Source: a virus (Duplodnaviria; Caudoviricetes). From it: a stretch of 54,061 nucleotides of DNA. The first letter of the stretch is position 1. Each line of letters starts with the position of its first letter. The DNA is taken from the IMG/VR virus record IMGVR_UViG_3300043602_000277, positions 1 through 54,061 of that record. One strand, written 5' to 3'. The notes under the pieces are model-generated. The model searched no databases and had not been told where the DNA came from. It saw nothing but the letters and a program-made list of their open reading frames with translations. Positions 44,482 to 53,629 of the stretch are shown here, one piece after another. Made by a program: the position numbers and the translations under genes.

Positions 44482-46336
44482 TTTCGAGGGAATAGAAATA
44501 GCGGCTCCAGATAGTTGGATCCTGGATACAATCGCGCTCAGTGAAAACCCATCGCCCAAGATTTACCCAAGTAACTTCAATACGATTGTCAGGGTTAACT
44601 GGGCATATGGCAGCGGCGGAACCTTGCCCTTGCCATCCGTTTACGAGGCCTTCTCGGAGCTGGTCGCCGCCTATGTCGATGGCTGTACTGGCTGCCGGCG
44701 CTGGATCATCGGCAACGAGCCAAACCTGAGCCGTGAATGGCCCGACAACACGCCCATCTATCCCTGGCACTATGCCGCCTGCTACAAGCTCTGCTGGCAA
44801 GCCATCCATGCGCTGCCGGGCCATGCCAACGACGAGGTGCTGGTCGCTGGCAGTGGGCCGTGGAACGCCGAGCTAAAGTACAACAGCAACAAAAACGGCG
44901 ACTGGATTGTCTATTTTACCGACGTGATTAACTTGGTTGGGGATGCCTGCGACGGCTATAGCATCCATGCCTATACCCATGGCTACGATGTGTCCCTAGT
45001 CACGTCATCGGCGCGTATGGATCGCCCCTTCCAGAACCACTTTTACGAGTTCTACACCTATCGCGATTATTGCCTTGCCATCCCGCCTGAGCTGCGCTAT
45101 CTGCCGGTCTATCTGACGGAGGCCAACGGCAATGGCCCGTGGCAAGCCGTGGGGCTGATGCCGGCCATGTTGCAGGAGATCGATAGCTGGAACCATAGCA
45201 AGCTGCCCAAGATTCACAGCGTGATCTTCTACCGCTATCCACGCTATGACCAGTTTTACATTGAGGGCCGCGGCGATGTCATGGCCGAATACCAACGGGC
45301 CGTCGCCCTGGGCTATCAGGCGCCTATCACACCCACATTGCCCACGCCGGAACCGCCCGACCCAGAGCCGCCACGGCCCACGCCTGCGCCTGAGCCTGCG
45401 CGTGACATCGACCCGCGCCTGCTCGCCCGCGGCGTTACACTCACGCGTGCGACTGTTCCTGTGGGCACCTATGCTTGGCGCGTAGAGGAGGGCATCTACT
45501 ATGCTTGGGGCGAAGGGCCAAACGATGCCCAGGGCCGGCGCGCCGACTATGTGGACGTGGTGAATGGCAACGGTGAGCGCGTCATTGGTACGCCGATCAT
45601 GCACTGGTGGTCTAGCGGCTCAGACACCAAGCCGGCTGAGAACAAACGCGATCCGTGGATGACCGCTCAGGGTAAAGACGGCTATGCCCTCGACTTCCCT
45701 TTTGGCGCTACCTGGCCCAGCTACGGCGTCAAAATTGCCGACGGTACGCCCAGCGATGAAGTGTGGGGCCTCGGCTATGGCGATGTGATCAACCCGAACC
45801 ACCACACGGCCAGCTATTTTAAGTTTGTACGCGTACTAGAGGGCGTTACAGCGCCGATTCCTCCCACACCACCAGTACAGGAAGGGGGTCTAATCCATCC
45901 CCTTCCTGGTGCGGTGATTACGCAGCATTGGGGCCAGGATGCCGAGAGCTACGCACGTTTTGGCATTTGGGGCCATAACGGGACGGATCTAGGAAATAGA
46001 CCACTCCGCACGCCGATCCGCTGCATCGCCGCCGGCATCGTGGCAATGTCCGACTTTGACCCTGCCTATGGCCACTATGTGCGCGTCGATCACCGGGACT
46101 TGGAGTGCTATTCGATGTACTGCCATTTGGATGAGTCGGGCGCAGCGGCGGGTACGCGCGTGGAAGCGGGGGACACGATGGGGCTGCTGGGGTCAAGCGG
46201 CAATAGTTCTGGGCCTCATTTGCACGTTGAAATTCGGTTACAAAACAAAGATGGCACGTACCGCGAAGATACGCCTATGTCTAAAGGCCGAGTTGACCCT
46301 GAGACTTGGTGCGCCATGCACAATCTCAAATTGTGA
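44456..46336 (+). CDS. Modular endolysin B: glycoside-hydrolase-like domain + Pro linker + middle domain + M23 peptidase
   Basis: WIIGNEPN and YLTE (clan GH-A-like acid/base and nucleophile); HNGTD and HLH (M23). Confidence 0.85.
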   Translation: MANLIGLHDFEGIEIAAPDSWILDTIALSENPSPKIYPSNFNTIVRVNWAYGSGGTLPLPSVYEAFSELVAAYVDGCTGCRRWIIGNEPNLSREWPDNTPIYPWHYAACYKLCWQAIHALPGHANDEVLVAGSGPWNAELKYNSNKNGDWIVYFTDVINLVGDACDGYSIHAYTHGYDVSLVTSSARMDRPFQNHFYEFYTYRDYCLAIPPELRYLPVYLTEANGNGPWQAVGLMPAMLQEIDSWNHSKLPKIHSVIFYRYPRYDQFYIEGRGDVMAEYQRAVALGYQAPITPTLPTPEPPDPEPPRPTPAPEPARDIDPRLLARGVTLTRATVPVGTYAWRVEEGIYYAWGEGPNDAQGRRADYVDVVNGNGERVIGTPIMHWWSSGSDTKPAENKRDPWMTAQGKDGYALDFPFGATWPSYGVKIADGTPSDEVWGLGYGDVINPNHHTASYFKFVRVLEGVTAPIPPTPPVQEGGLIHPLPGAVITQHWGQDAESYARFGIWGHNGTDLGNRPLRTPIRCIAAGIVAMSDFDPAYGHYVRVDHRDLECYSMYCHLDESGAAAGTRVEAGDTMGLLGSSGNSSGPHLHVEIRLQNKDGTYREDTPMSKGRVDPETWCAMHNLKL

Positions 46337-46355
46337 TGAAAGGGAAGGGATCGTG

Positions 46356-46502
46356 ATGAGTCGTCCACTGATTCTGATTTCGCTATTGCTGGCCGTCGTC
46401 GGCGCCATCTTTGGCCTGGCGCACATTGCCGAGGCCTTTGTGCCGCTGCTCTTTGCCGCTGCCATCCTGCTGACGGATATTGGGATACTGACCGGCAACT
46501 AA
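46356..46502 (+). CDS. Small 2-TM membrane protein (holin candidate), 48 aa
   Basis: MSRPLILISLLLAVVGAIFGLAHIAEAFVPLLFAAAILLTDIGILTGN; directly after the lysin. Confidence 0.7.
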   Translation: MSRPLILISLLLAVVGAIFGLAHIAEAFVPLLFAAAILLTDIGILTGN

Positions 46503-47050
46503 TGAAAGCGCACTGGCTTTACCTAAAATATGTTTTGCGCCATAAGTGGTATGTATTCCTGTGGTGCTGTCGGTATGGGATTCCGTGGGCGGGCATTGTT
46601 CACGACCTGAGCAAATTCCAGCCAATCGAATGGTTCCCCTATGTTGACAAGTTTTATGGTGGGCCGTGGCCTGAGCAGCACTATGGAGATATGCGTAACC
46701 AGTTTGAGGATAGGTATACGCAGCCCTGGGTAGACCGTCGCTTTGACGCCGCATGGAATCATCATCAAAAGTGCAATCTGCATCATTGGCAATATTGGGT
46801 ACTGCTTGAGGATAGCGGCAAGATTGGCGCTTTGCCCATGCCCGACCGTTACCGCAAAGAAATGTTGGCCGACTGGCGCGGGGCGGGGATGGCGATTCGT
46901 GGGGTAGATAACACTGTCAAATGGTACACCGAAAACTTCTCCAAGATGCTTTTGCATCCACAGACGCGTGATCGGATTGAGCGTGAATTGGATTTGATTG
47001 TCAACGTCAATGGCGAGGATATGCGCCTTCTTGATTCGGAGACGCTGTAA
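46502..47050 (+). CDS. HD-domain protein (DUF5662-like)
   Basis: RHKWYV...HDLSKF...AW.HH...N.HHWQYW...EMLADW. Confidence 0.8.
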   Translation: MKAHWLYLKYVLRHKWYVFLWCCRYGIPWAGIVHDLSKFQPIEWFPYVDKFYGGPWPEQHYGDMRNQFEDRYTQPWVDRRFDAAWNHHQKCNLHHWQYWVLLEDSGKIGALPMPDRYRKEMLADWRGAGMAIRGVDNTVKWYTENFSKMLLHPQTRDRIERELDLIVNVNGEDMRLLDSETL

Positions 47051-47056
47051 CGTGCT

Positions 47057-47218
47057 ATGCCACGCGGCGATCTGGCGCTGTTCCTGTTCGTATGCAGCCT
47101 GGCGGTCTTTTTTGCCGAGATGCAGTACCGGCGTGAAGCGTCTACGCGTTGGCTGTGTCTTGCGCTAGTCTGGATTACGATTGTGGCCATGCTGATCTAC
47201 GTGTACAGCGGGGCTTAA
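47057..47218 (+). CDS. Small 2-TM membrane protein, 53 aa; not in the ORF track
   Basis: MPRGDLALFLFVCSLAVFFAEMQYRREASTRWLCLALVWITIVAMLIYVYSGA fills the gap exactly. Confidence 0.55.
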   Translation: MPRGDLALFLFVCSLAVFFAEMQYRREASTRWLCLALVWITIVAMLIYVYSGA

Positions 47219-47220
47219 CC

Positions 47221-47520
47221 ATGTCAACAGACAATTGGTTCGTCATCATCATGTTTATCGGCGTGTACATCTGTTGCCTGCTCCTGCTCGACGGCGCCCA
47301 CCGTGCCCACATCGCCGCGCTGAAGGGGGCGCATTACGAGCAGGTGGCATCCTTGCGCTCCTACATCCGCACGTTGAGCCGCGAACGGCTGTGGCTGGAG
47401 GCGGAGCTGGCACGCGTCAAGGACAAGGCGAAGCAGGTGCAGGCTGAGCCGGAACATATCGAATGGATGCCGTTGCAGTGGTTACCGCCGTCCGAGGAAT
47501 ATGATGGCGACCGCAATTGA
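47221..47520 (+). CDS. TM + coiled-coil protein, paralog of 2408-2731
   Basis: Direct sequence similarity. Confidence 0.8.
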   Translation: MSTDNWFVIIMFIGVYICCLLLLDGAHRAHIAALKGAHYEQVASLRSYIRTLSRERLWLEAELARVKDKAKQVQAEPEHIEWMPLQWLPPSEEYDGDRN

Positions 47521-47932
47521 GCTGTTGCCGGAATTTATCGGCATCTTCGTGCCGCTGGAGATCATGCGCCTGGAAGAGGTGGGCGGGCCGAAACCAACGG
47601 AGTTGGCCGCAGCGTCTGCCTACTGGGCGGATCGCCTGGACGCCGGCGAGCTTGACGAGCTGCTCTTCCCGGTCAAGTGCAAGACGGCGCGCAGCGCCAG
47701 CATGTTGGTGTCAATCATCGCCTGCCTGGCGTTTGAGACGGGCGGCGTGCGGGTCTTTGGACACCACTTTGTTGCCTATGAACCAGAGCCCGCACATAAA
47801 CAGCCCTGGCACAAGCCCACCGTGGTTTATGTGCCGCTACAGGGAACGGGCTTTGAGGTCGGTTCGGACATTGACGGACAGGACGGCACGTGGCCGCCGC
47901 CACTAATGGACAAAGAAAAAACCGGCTGCTAA
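47501..47932 (+). CDS. Paralog of 2724-3008 with a C-terminal extension
   Basis: Direct sequence similarity. Confidence 0.8.
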   Translation: MMATAIELLPEFIGIFVPLEIMRLEEVGGPKPTELAAASAYWADRLDAGELDELLFPVKCKTARSASMLVSIIACLAFETGGVRVFGHHFVAYEPEPAHKQPWHKPTVVYVPLQGTGFEVGSDIDGQDGTWPPPLMDKEKTGC

Positions 47933-48279
47933 GCCGGCTCTAATTCCATCTGTAATTGTTCGAGCTTGACAGGCGTTTTCTGTGCCTGCTTGCCATAGGT
48001 GATGATGCGCTGCCTTTGCTCTTCACGCTGCACCTGTTCCCGTTGCCGCTCTTCCACCGCCTCAGCCTGTTCGACAAGGCCGGCGGGCAGCTCGTAGGGA
48101 TTGTGCTCAATTACGTCTAGCTCGCCGCGGCCGATTCTGCGAATCATGACTTGCCAGCTCGGTATGCTACGCCTGGCGGGGCCACGGGTGGGACGCGAAC
48201 GGGTCTGCACGGCTAGTTCTTGCAGCCGCTCCAGTTCGGCGGCGGTCAGGTCGATGCGGTGATGTTCTCGGTGTTCCAT
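47929..48279 (-). CDS. Paralog of 3023-3400 (RHH-like)
   Basis: LPAGL.E.A.AVEERQREQ...KQAQKTP...LEPA shared; GGAG RBS before ATG 48279. Confidence 0.75.
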   Translation of the reverse strand: MEHREHHRIDLTAAELERLQELAVQTRSRPTRGPARRSIPSWQVMIRRIGRGELDVIEHNPYELPAGLVEQAEAVEERQREQVQREEQRQRIITYGKQAQKTPVKLEQLQMELEPA

Positions 48280-48522
48280 GTGTTTCTCCAATCTGAACAG
48301 GGCGGGCAAGTTGTGATGCTGCTGTGGCCCTATAGCTACGTATATAGCACGAATGTTAACGGTAATCAAGATGACGGGGATACAATTTTGACAGGTGCTG
48401 TCAATTTTTCCGCCGCCTGCCCCTCTCCGCCGCCACCCAGAGGGTTCCCGCCGCCAAAGGCTGACAGCGGGCGCGAAGTAGCAGGACTGCTAGCGGCGGG
48501 CGACATATGACAGGTTGAGCCA

Positions 48523-49005
48523 ATGGCTTTATCGGCCAAACAAAGCGCATTCGTAGAGGAATATTTGCGATGCTGGAATGCGACAGACGCTTATCAGACC
48601 GTTTATCCAAAGTCGAGTCGGGACGCGGCCAGAGCACACGCAGCGCGATTGGTAGCAAATGGTAGCATTGCCGCAGAGATTCAGCGCCGTGTAGATGAAC
48701 GCGCCATGTCCGCCAATGAAGTGCTTGATCGTCTTGCGGAGCAGGCCAGGGCCGGCTATAGCGCCTATCTCACAGCGGACGGTGCAGTAGATTTTGCTCG
48801 GCTGGTCGCCGATGGCAAGGGACACTTGGTCAAGGGCATCAAAGATACAGCGCAAGGACGTAATATCGAGTTTCACGACGCCCAGGCCGCGCTCGTGCAA
48901 ATCGGCAAGCACCACAAGCTCTTTACAGATAACGTGCAACAATCCGGTGAGGTAGTGGTAAAAGTCCAATATGGCGATGACGGAACTGACAGTACGCCTG
49001 AATAA
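48523..49005 (+). CDS. terS: Terminase small subunit B
   Basis: LSAKQSAFVEEYL..WNAT.AY; central part nearly identical to TerS A. Confidence 0.92.
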   Translation: MALSAKQSAFVEEYLRCWNATDAYQTVYPKSSRDAARAHAARLVANGSIAAEIQRRVDERAMSANEVLDRLAEQARAGYSAYLTADGAVDFARLVADGKGHLVKGIKDTAQGRNIEFHDAQAALVQIGKHHKLFTDNVQQSGEVVVKVQYGDDGTDSTPE

Positions 49006-50242
49006 GCCACACCCCAAACAGCGCCAGTTTCTGCGCTGCCCGGCCAAGCGCATCGTGGTGCGGGCCGGCCGACGCGGCGGCAAAACGGTCGGCATGGCCA
49101 TCAAGGCCGTGGAGAGTTTTCTGCGAGGACACCGCGTGCTCTACGCCGCGCCCACGGCTGACCAGATCAACACCTTTTGGCGCCATGTGCGCGATGCTCT
49201 TCAGCCTTGCATCGACGCCGGCCTCTATTACAAGAACGAAACCGAGAAGATCGTCGAATTGCGTGGCACGGAGCAGCGCATCAAAGCAAAGACCGCTTGG
49301 AACAGCGACACTCTTCGTGGAGACTATGCCGATCTGCTCATCCTCGATGAGTGGCAGTTGATGAATGAAGATGCCTGGGGCGTCGTCGGTGCGCCGATGC
49401 TTCTGGACAATGACGGCGATGCGGTCTTTATCTATACGCCGCCATCGGCGCGTACGGCTGGCACCAGCAAGGCGCATGACAAAAAACATGCGGCCAAGCT
49501 CTTTGCGGCAGCGGCTGCCGATACGACGGGGCGTTGGGCGGCCTTTACCTTTAGCAGCCACGACAACCCCTATTTGAGCCAAGATGCTTTGGGGGAAATT
49601 GCCGGCGACATGAGCAATCTGGCCTATCGCCAGGAAATCATGGCTGAGGACATTGACGAGGTTCCGGGGGCATTGTGGACGCGGGCGAACTTAGAAAAGC
49701 ATCGTATCAAGTCAGCGCCTTCAATGTACCGCATCGTCGTGGCGGTAGACCCGGAAGCCACGGCCACGGCCACCAGCGCCGAGACGGGCATCATCGTGGC
49801 AGGCATCGACGAAAACGAGATCGGCTATCTCTTGGAGGATTGTACGCTGCGGGGATCGCCTGGCGAGTGGGGTATGGCTGCCGTGCGCGCCTTTGATCGC
49901 TGGGACGGCGATCACATTGTCGCCGAAACCAATAACGGCGGTGACATGGTGAAATTTGTGGTCGAGGCGGCTGCCAAGGAGTTATATCGGCAGGAGGAGC
50001 GCAAGAGCGACCGTATACCTTACAAGAAACTGCACGCCAGCCGGGGAAAACATACGCGCGCCGAGCCGGTATCAACGCTCTACGAGAATGGCCGTATTAA
50101 GCATGTCGGTGCTTACGCCGAGCTGGAAGATCAGTTATGTACGTGGTTGCCGGGTGATACGAGTCCCGATCGCTTAGATGCGGCTGTGTGGGCCTTTACC
50201 GAGTTGATGCTTTCAGAGAAGAAAAAAGCCGGAACATGGTAA
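48971..50242 (+). CDS. terL: Terminase large subunit B (different lineage from A)
   Basis: Walker A AGRRGGKT, Walker B LILDE, VVAVDP, SPDRLDA. Confidence 0.95.
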   Translation: MAMTELTVRLNKPHPKQRQFLRCPAKRIVVRAGRRGGKTVGMAIKAVESFLRGHRVLYAAPTADQINTFWRHVRDALQPCIDAGLYYKNETEKIVELRGTEQRIKAKTAWNSDTLRGDYADLLILDEWQLMNEDAWGVVGAPMLLDNDGDAVFIYTPPSARTAGTSKAHDKKHAAKLFAAAAADTTGRWAAFTFSSHDNPYLSQDALGEIAGDMSNLAYRQEIMAEDIDEVPGALWTRANLEKHRIKSAPSMYRIVVAVDPEATATATSAETGIIVAGIDENEIGYLLEDCTLRGSPGEWGMAAVRAFDRWDGDHIVAETNNGGDMVKFVVEAAAKELYRQEERKSDRIPYKKLHASRGKHTRAEPVSTLYENGRIKHVGAYAELEDQLCTWLPGDTSPDRLDAAVWAFTELMLSEKKKAGTW

Positions 50243-50258
50243 GAATGAGTGAGGAACA

Positions 50259-51758
50259 ATGTCAGACATCATCCTGATCGCTAACAAAGACGGGCAACCG
50301 GTTGGCGCCATCCCGCGGCCCAGCGTAAACGCCCGCTCCGTCCTCAGCGACCGCCTGGCCCTGGGCGGCTATGGCACATCGTTCAGTGGCGCCCGTGACT
50401 ACTTCGATGTGCTGGGCTATCCCAAGGCACTCAGTATCGATGCCTATTGGGGCAAGTTTGAGCGTGATCCGTTGGGCGGGCGCATCGTCGAATTTCCGCC
50501 GGCAGAGACATGGCGGGATACGCCGACGGTCAAGGATGGGCGTGATAAGGATGCCCTCGACGACACCGCCTTTGCTAAAGCGTGGGCCGACTTTGCCGAA
50601 CGAATGCGCGTCTATCACTACTGCAAGCGCGTCGACATCCTGTGCGGCATCGGGCGCTTTAGCATCCTCCTGATTGGCGTGGCCGGCGGCGGTGATTTGG
50701 AGAGCGAAGTCAAGCGCGTCACTAGCCTTGACCAGATCCTCTACCTGCGCCCGTACGGTGAGCAATCGGTCGAGGTGACCGAATACGAGAACGACCCGGC
50801 AAGCCCGCGCTTTGGCCTGCCGCGCATCTACACGGTCACGTTTGCCGATACCAATACCCTGGGCAATATGGGCACCATTCAGCGCCGCGTCCATGCCAGC
50901 CGCGTGATCCATGTCGCCGAGGGGCTGCTGGAAAACGACGTGTACGGGATGCCGCGGCTGCAACGCGTCTATAACCTGCTCGACGACATCCTCAAGTTGG
51001 TGGGTGGGGCTGCCGAGGCCAGTTGGCTGCTGATGCGGAAGGGCTTTGTACTCAACATCGACCCGGAAGCGGAACTATCCGCCGAGGCCGCCGCCAGCAT
51101 CGAAGAGGAGTTTGACGAATACGAGCATGGTCTACGCCGCTTTATGAAAACGCGCGGCGTCACGGTCAGCGACCTTGGCAGCGAAGTGGTTGACCCGTCG
51201 GGGCCGTTTAGCGTCATCATCGGCCTGATTAGCGCCGCCACCGGCATCCCGCAGCGCATCCTGCTTGGCAGCGAGCGCGGCGAGCTGGCATCTTCGCAAG
51301 ACGGTGCCAATTGGGCGGGGGCCATTGCCAGCCGCCAGCTCAACTTTGCCGAGCCGACGATCCTGCGCCCGCTGATTGACCGCCTCATCCAGTGGGGCGC
51401 TATGCCGGCGCCCACGCAGGGCCGCTATACCGTCGTGTGGGATGAACTCTTTGAACTCAACGACCAGGAACGGGCCGCCATCGCCGTGGCCTGGGCCGAT
51501 GCCATCCAGAAGCTAGCAGCCGTCTACGGTATGCCGCCGGTAACGATGGAGGAATGGCGCGGCGACTTCTCGCCCTTCCCCGGCGAATTGCCGGTGACGG
51601 CCCTGGAGCCTGTACCGCCGCCCACCATACCCGCCAATCTGCCTGGCCAGGATGTGCTGGGGCAAGTGGCCGACCTGGTGGGCAACGCCGGCTACAGTGG
51701 GCCGGAAGCGTTTGCGCTGGTCAACGCAGCGGCTAGGCTGATTGCGAGGCAAGGATGA
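50259..51758 (+). CDS. Portal protein B (DUF1073-like)
   Basis: DPASPRFGLP..Y, RVHASRVIH, IPQRILLGSERGELAS. Confidence 0.85.
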   Translation: MSDIILIANKDGQPVGAIPRPSVNARSVLSDRLALGGYGTSFSGARDYFDVLGYPKALSIDAYWGKFERDPLGGRIVEFPPAETWRDTPTVKDGRDKDALDDTAFAKAWADFAERMRVYHYCKRVDILCGIGRFSILLIGVAGGGDLESEVKRVTSLDQILYLRPYGEQSVEVTEYENDPASPRFGLPRIYTVTFADTNTLGNMGTIQRRVHASRVIHVAEGLLENDVYGMPRLQRVYNLLDDILKLVGGAAEASWLLMRKGFVLNIDPEAELSAEAAASIEEEFDEYEHGLRRFMKTRGVTVSDLGSEVVDPSGPFSVIIGLISAATGIPQRILLGSERGELASSQDGANWAGAIASRQLNFAEPTILRPLIDRLIQWGAMPAPTQGRYTVVWDELFELNDQERAAIAVAWADAIQKLAAVYGMPPVTMEEWRGDFSPFPGELPVTALEPVPPPTIPANLPGQDVLGQVADLVGNAGYSGPEAFALVNAAARLIARQG

Positions 51759-52018
51759 CACCAGAACAGCTAGCCAAGTGGGCCGAGAACCAAATTCAAG
51801 CCCTGATCCGCATCGGCTATGACGCCTCTGAGGCCGAGCGCAGCGTCAATTGGGTGCTGATGCACTTGCCGCCAGGGGCCGATCCAAGAACGTACGTATT
51901 CCCGGCTGAGACGCTGAGTGAACCGTTAGATAGCGCCGCTGTCGAGGGCGCACGCATAGCATGGTATACAAATGATGCGATCCCCAACCGCTACAAACGT
52001 TTACTCGACGCACGCTAG
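51755..52018 (+). CDS. Hypothetical head-module protein
   Basis: ATGA-coupled to portal B. Confidence 0.65.
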   Translation: MTPEQLAKWAENQIQALIRIGYDASEAERSVNWVLMHLPPGADPRTYVFPAETLSEPLDSAAVEGARIAWYTNDAIPNRYKRLLDAR

Positions 52019-52688
52019 CCCGTCGCCAACGCTGCCCGGCTACACCTTTGAGGATGAGCTGGGCCGCTACCGTTCCAACGTGTCGGGCCGTTTCGTGGCG
52101 CGCAAGGATATTCTGTCGCTGACGGACGCCCAGATCAACGCCAGCGAGGCGCGCATGACCGACCTGACGACGGCGGTGATGGAAGGGCGTATCAGCCCGA
52201 CGGTATGGCAGGAGGCCATGAGGACGGAAGCCAAGCAGCAAGTGCTGTCACAGGCCGCCCTCGGCTCAGGCGGTTGGGAGAGAATCAGCCAGCAATCCTA
52301 TGGCCGCGCCGGCGCTGACTTGCGCCAACTCTACGCCAAGATTAGTGGCACGGCTGCCGACATCGCAGACGGCAAAATCACGATGGCGCAAGCGCAGGCA
52401 CGCGCCAACGAATACGCCGGTCACGGTCGCAGCCACTTCTACACGGCCGAGCGGGAGAAGGTCAGGCCATCGGCGCCGAACAAAGTGTTCCTGGAGCGGC
52501 GTATGTTGGGCGGGGGCGGCAAAACGTGTAGCGATTGCGTTTCCTTCTATGACCAGGGTTGGCAGCCGTTTGGCCTGCTACCGCCGCCCGGTGTGGACAG
52601 CGTATGTCGTGGCAACTGTAAGTGCAGTCTGATTCGCATGGAAGTCGAAGCGGGCACCGTGGGCGAGTGGATCGGCGGCAAGAAATGA
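51972..52688 (+). CDS. Minor head (MuF-like) protein B
   Basis: GRYR...GRFV; TCSDC...PG.DS.C.GNC.C motif; start uncertain. Confidence 0.7.
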   Translation: MMRSPTATNVYSTHASPSPTLPGYTFEDELGRYRSNVSGRFVARKDILSLTDAQINASEARMTDLTTAVMEGRISPTVWQEAMRTEAKQQVLSQAALGSGGWERISQQSYGRAGADLRQLYAKISGTAADIADGKITMAQAQARANEYAGHGRSHFYTAEREKVRPSAPNKVFLERRMLGGGGKTCSDCVSFYDQGWQPFGLLPPPGVDSVCRGNCKCSLIRMEVEAGTVGEWIGGKK

Positions 52689-53329
52689 AACGAATCTTTG
52701 TAACCTTTGGCACCGGGCCGCACGTCGAATATCTGAACATCAGCCGGCCATCGTTTATAGCCTATGCCGAGCGTCACGGCTATGACTATCAGGAAATCTA
52801 TATTCCGAGCGACCGCCCAGCATCGTGGAGCAAAATCCCTGCAATGCTACAAGCTCTTACGCTGGCCGATGAGGCATTGTGGGTTGATGCCGATGTCGTC
52901 ATCGTAGACGGCAGCAGGGATTTGGCCGCAGAAGTGAGTATCGACGCCATCCAAGCCGTAGTTTTACACACCTATCATCGTGGCTTCTTCCTGGGCCACG
53001 TGCCCAGCGCCGGCGTGTGGTTGGTGCGCCAAGCCATGCGCCCTACGCTCACGCAGATCTGGACAATGACGCAGTACCTGAACCATCCCTTTTGGGAAAT
53101 GGCTGCATTCATCGAATTGATGGGCTGCACCTTCAACGGCGATCGGATATTTCCTGTTACCTTGACCGAACCGACCAATCTTTATCGCAGCACCCAATTC
53201 CTTGATGAGGATTGGAACTCGATTGACACGCTCAACCATCAGGCCACGCCGCGCTTTATGCACATGCCGGCGCTCACGCACGAACAGCGCCTCGCTGAGA
53301 TGCACTTCTGGGCGGGGCAGGCAGTGTAG
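52685..53329 (+). CDS. Glycosyltransferase (GT34/MNN10-like)
   Basis: YAERHGYD...SWSKI...LWVDADVVI (DxD)...AGVWLV...WE..A. Confidence 0.8.
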   Translation: MKRIFVTFGTGPHVEYLNISRPSFIAYAERHGYDYQEIYIPSDRPASWSKIPAMLQALTLADEALWVDADVVIVDGSRDLAAEVSIDAIQAVVLHTYHRGFFLGHVPSAGVWLVRQAMRPTLTQIWTMTQYLNHPFWEMAAFIELMGCTFNGDRIFPVTLTEPTNLYRSTQFLDEDWNSIDTLNHQATPRFMHMPALTHEQRLAEMHFWAGQAV

Positions 53330-53331
53330 AG

Positions 53332-53538
53332 ATGAGCGAATCACGCGCAGGCTATCTCACGAACCAAGCCGCAAAGGTTGTTGCTCAAAACGGCAATAAG
53401 TGTGATACCATTACCGTCAACCGGGCCGACCTTGAGCAGGAACATCGTTTACTCATCGCCCGCTTGCATCTGTTACGCAAGCAACTCGGCTACGCACCGC
53501 TGACCGACAAAGAACAACAGCGACAAGCCGCTAAATAA
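53332..53538 (+). CDS. Small conserved helical protein (68 aa), paralog of 8248-8448
   Basis: Shared E.RLL..RLH.L...LGY motif and equivalent position. Confidence 0.75.
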   Translation: MSESRAGYLTNQAAKVVAQNGNKCDTITVNRADLEQEHRLLIARLHLLRKQLGYAPLTDKEQQRQAAK

Positions 53539-53564
53539 ATAATTCCGCCTCACGGTAAAGCCCT

Positions 53565-53607
53565 ACGGCGCAATTCTGGTCAATTCCAGAGTTGCGCCGT
53601 TTTTTTT
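53565..53607 (+). terminator. Intrinsic terminator upstream of the DUF2213-like gene
   Basis: ACGGCGCAATTCTGG-tcaatt-CCAGAGTTGCGCCGT-T7. Confidence 0.85.
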
Positions 53608-53629
53608 GTTGTTTTGGAGCGCCATCGCA

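Noticed and set aside
50259-51758. Anti-CBASS Acb1 annotation sometimes attached to DUF1073 proteins
   Set aside because: Size, position after terL and motifs fit a portal; no 2H phosphoesterase HxT motifs were recognised.
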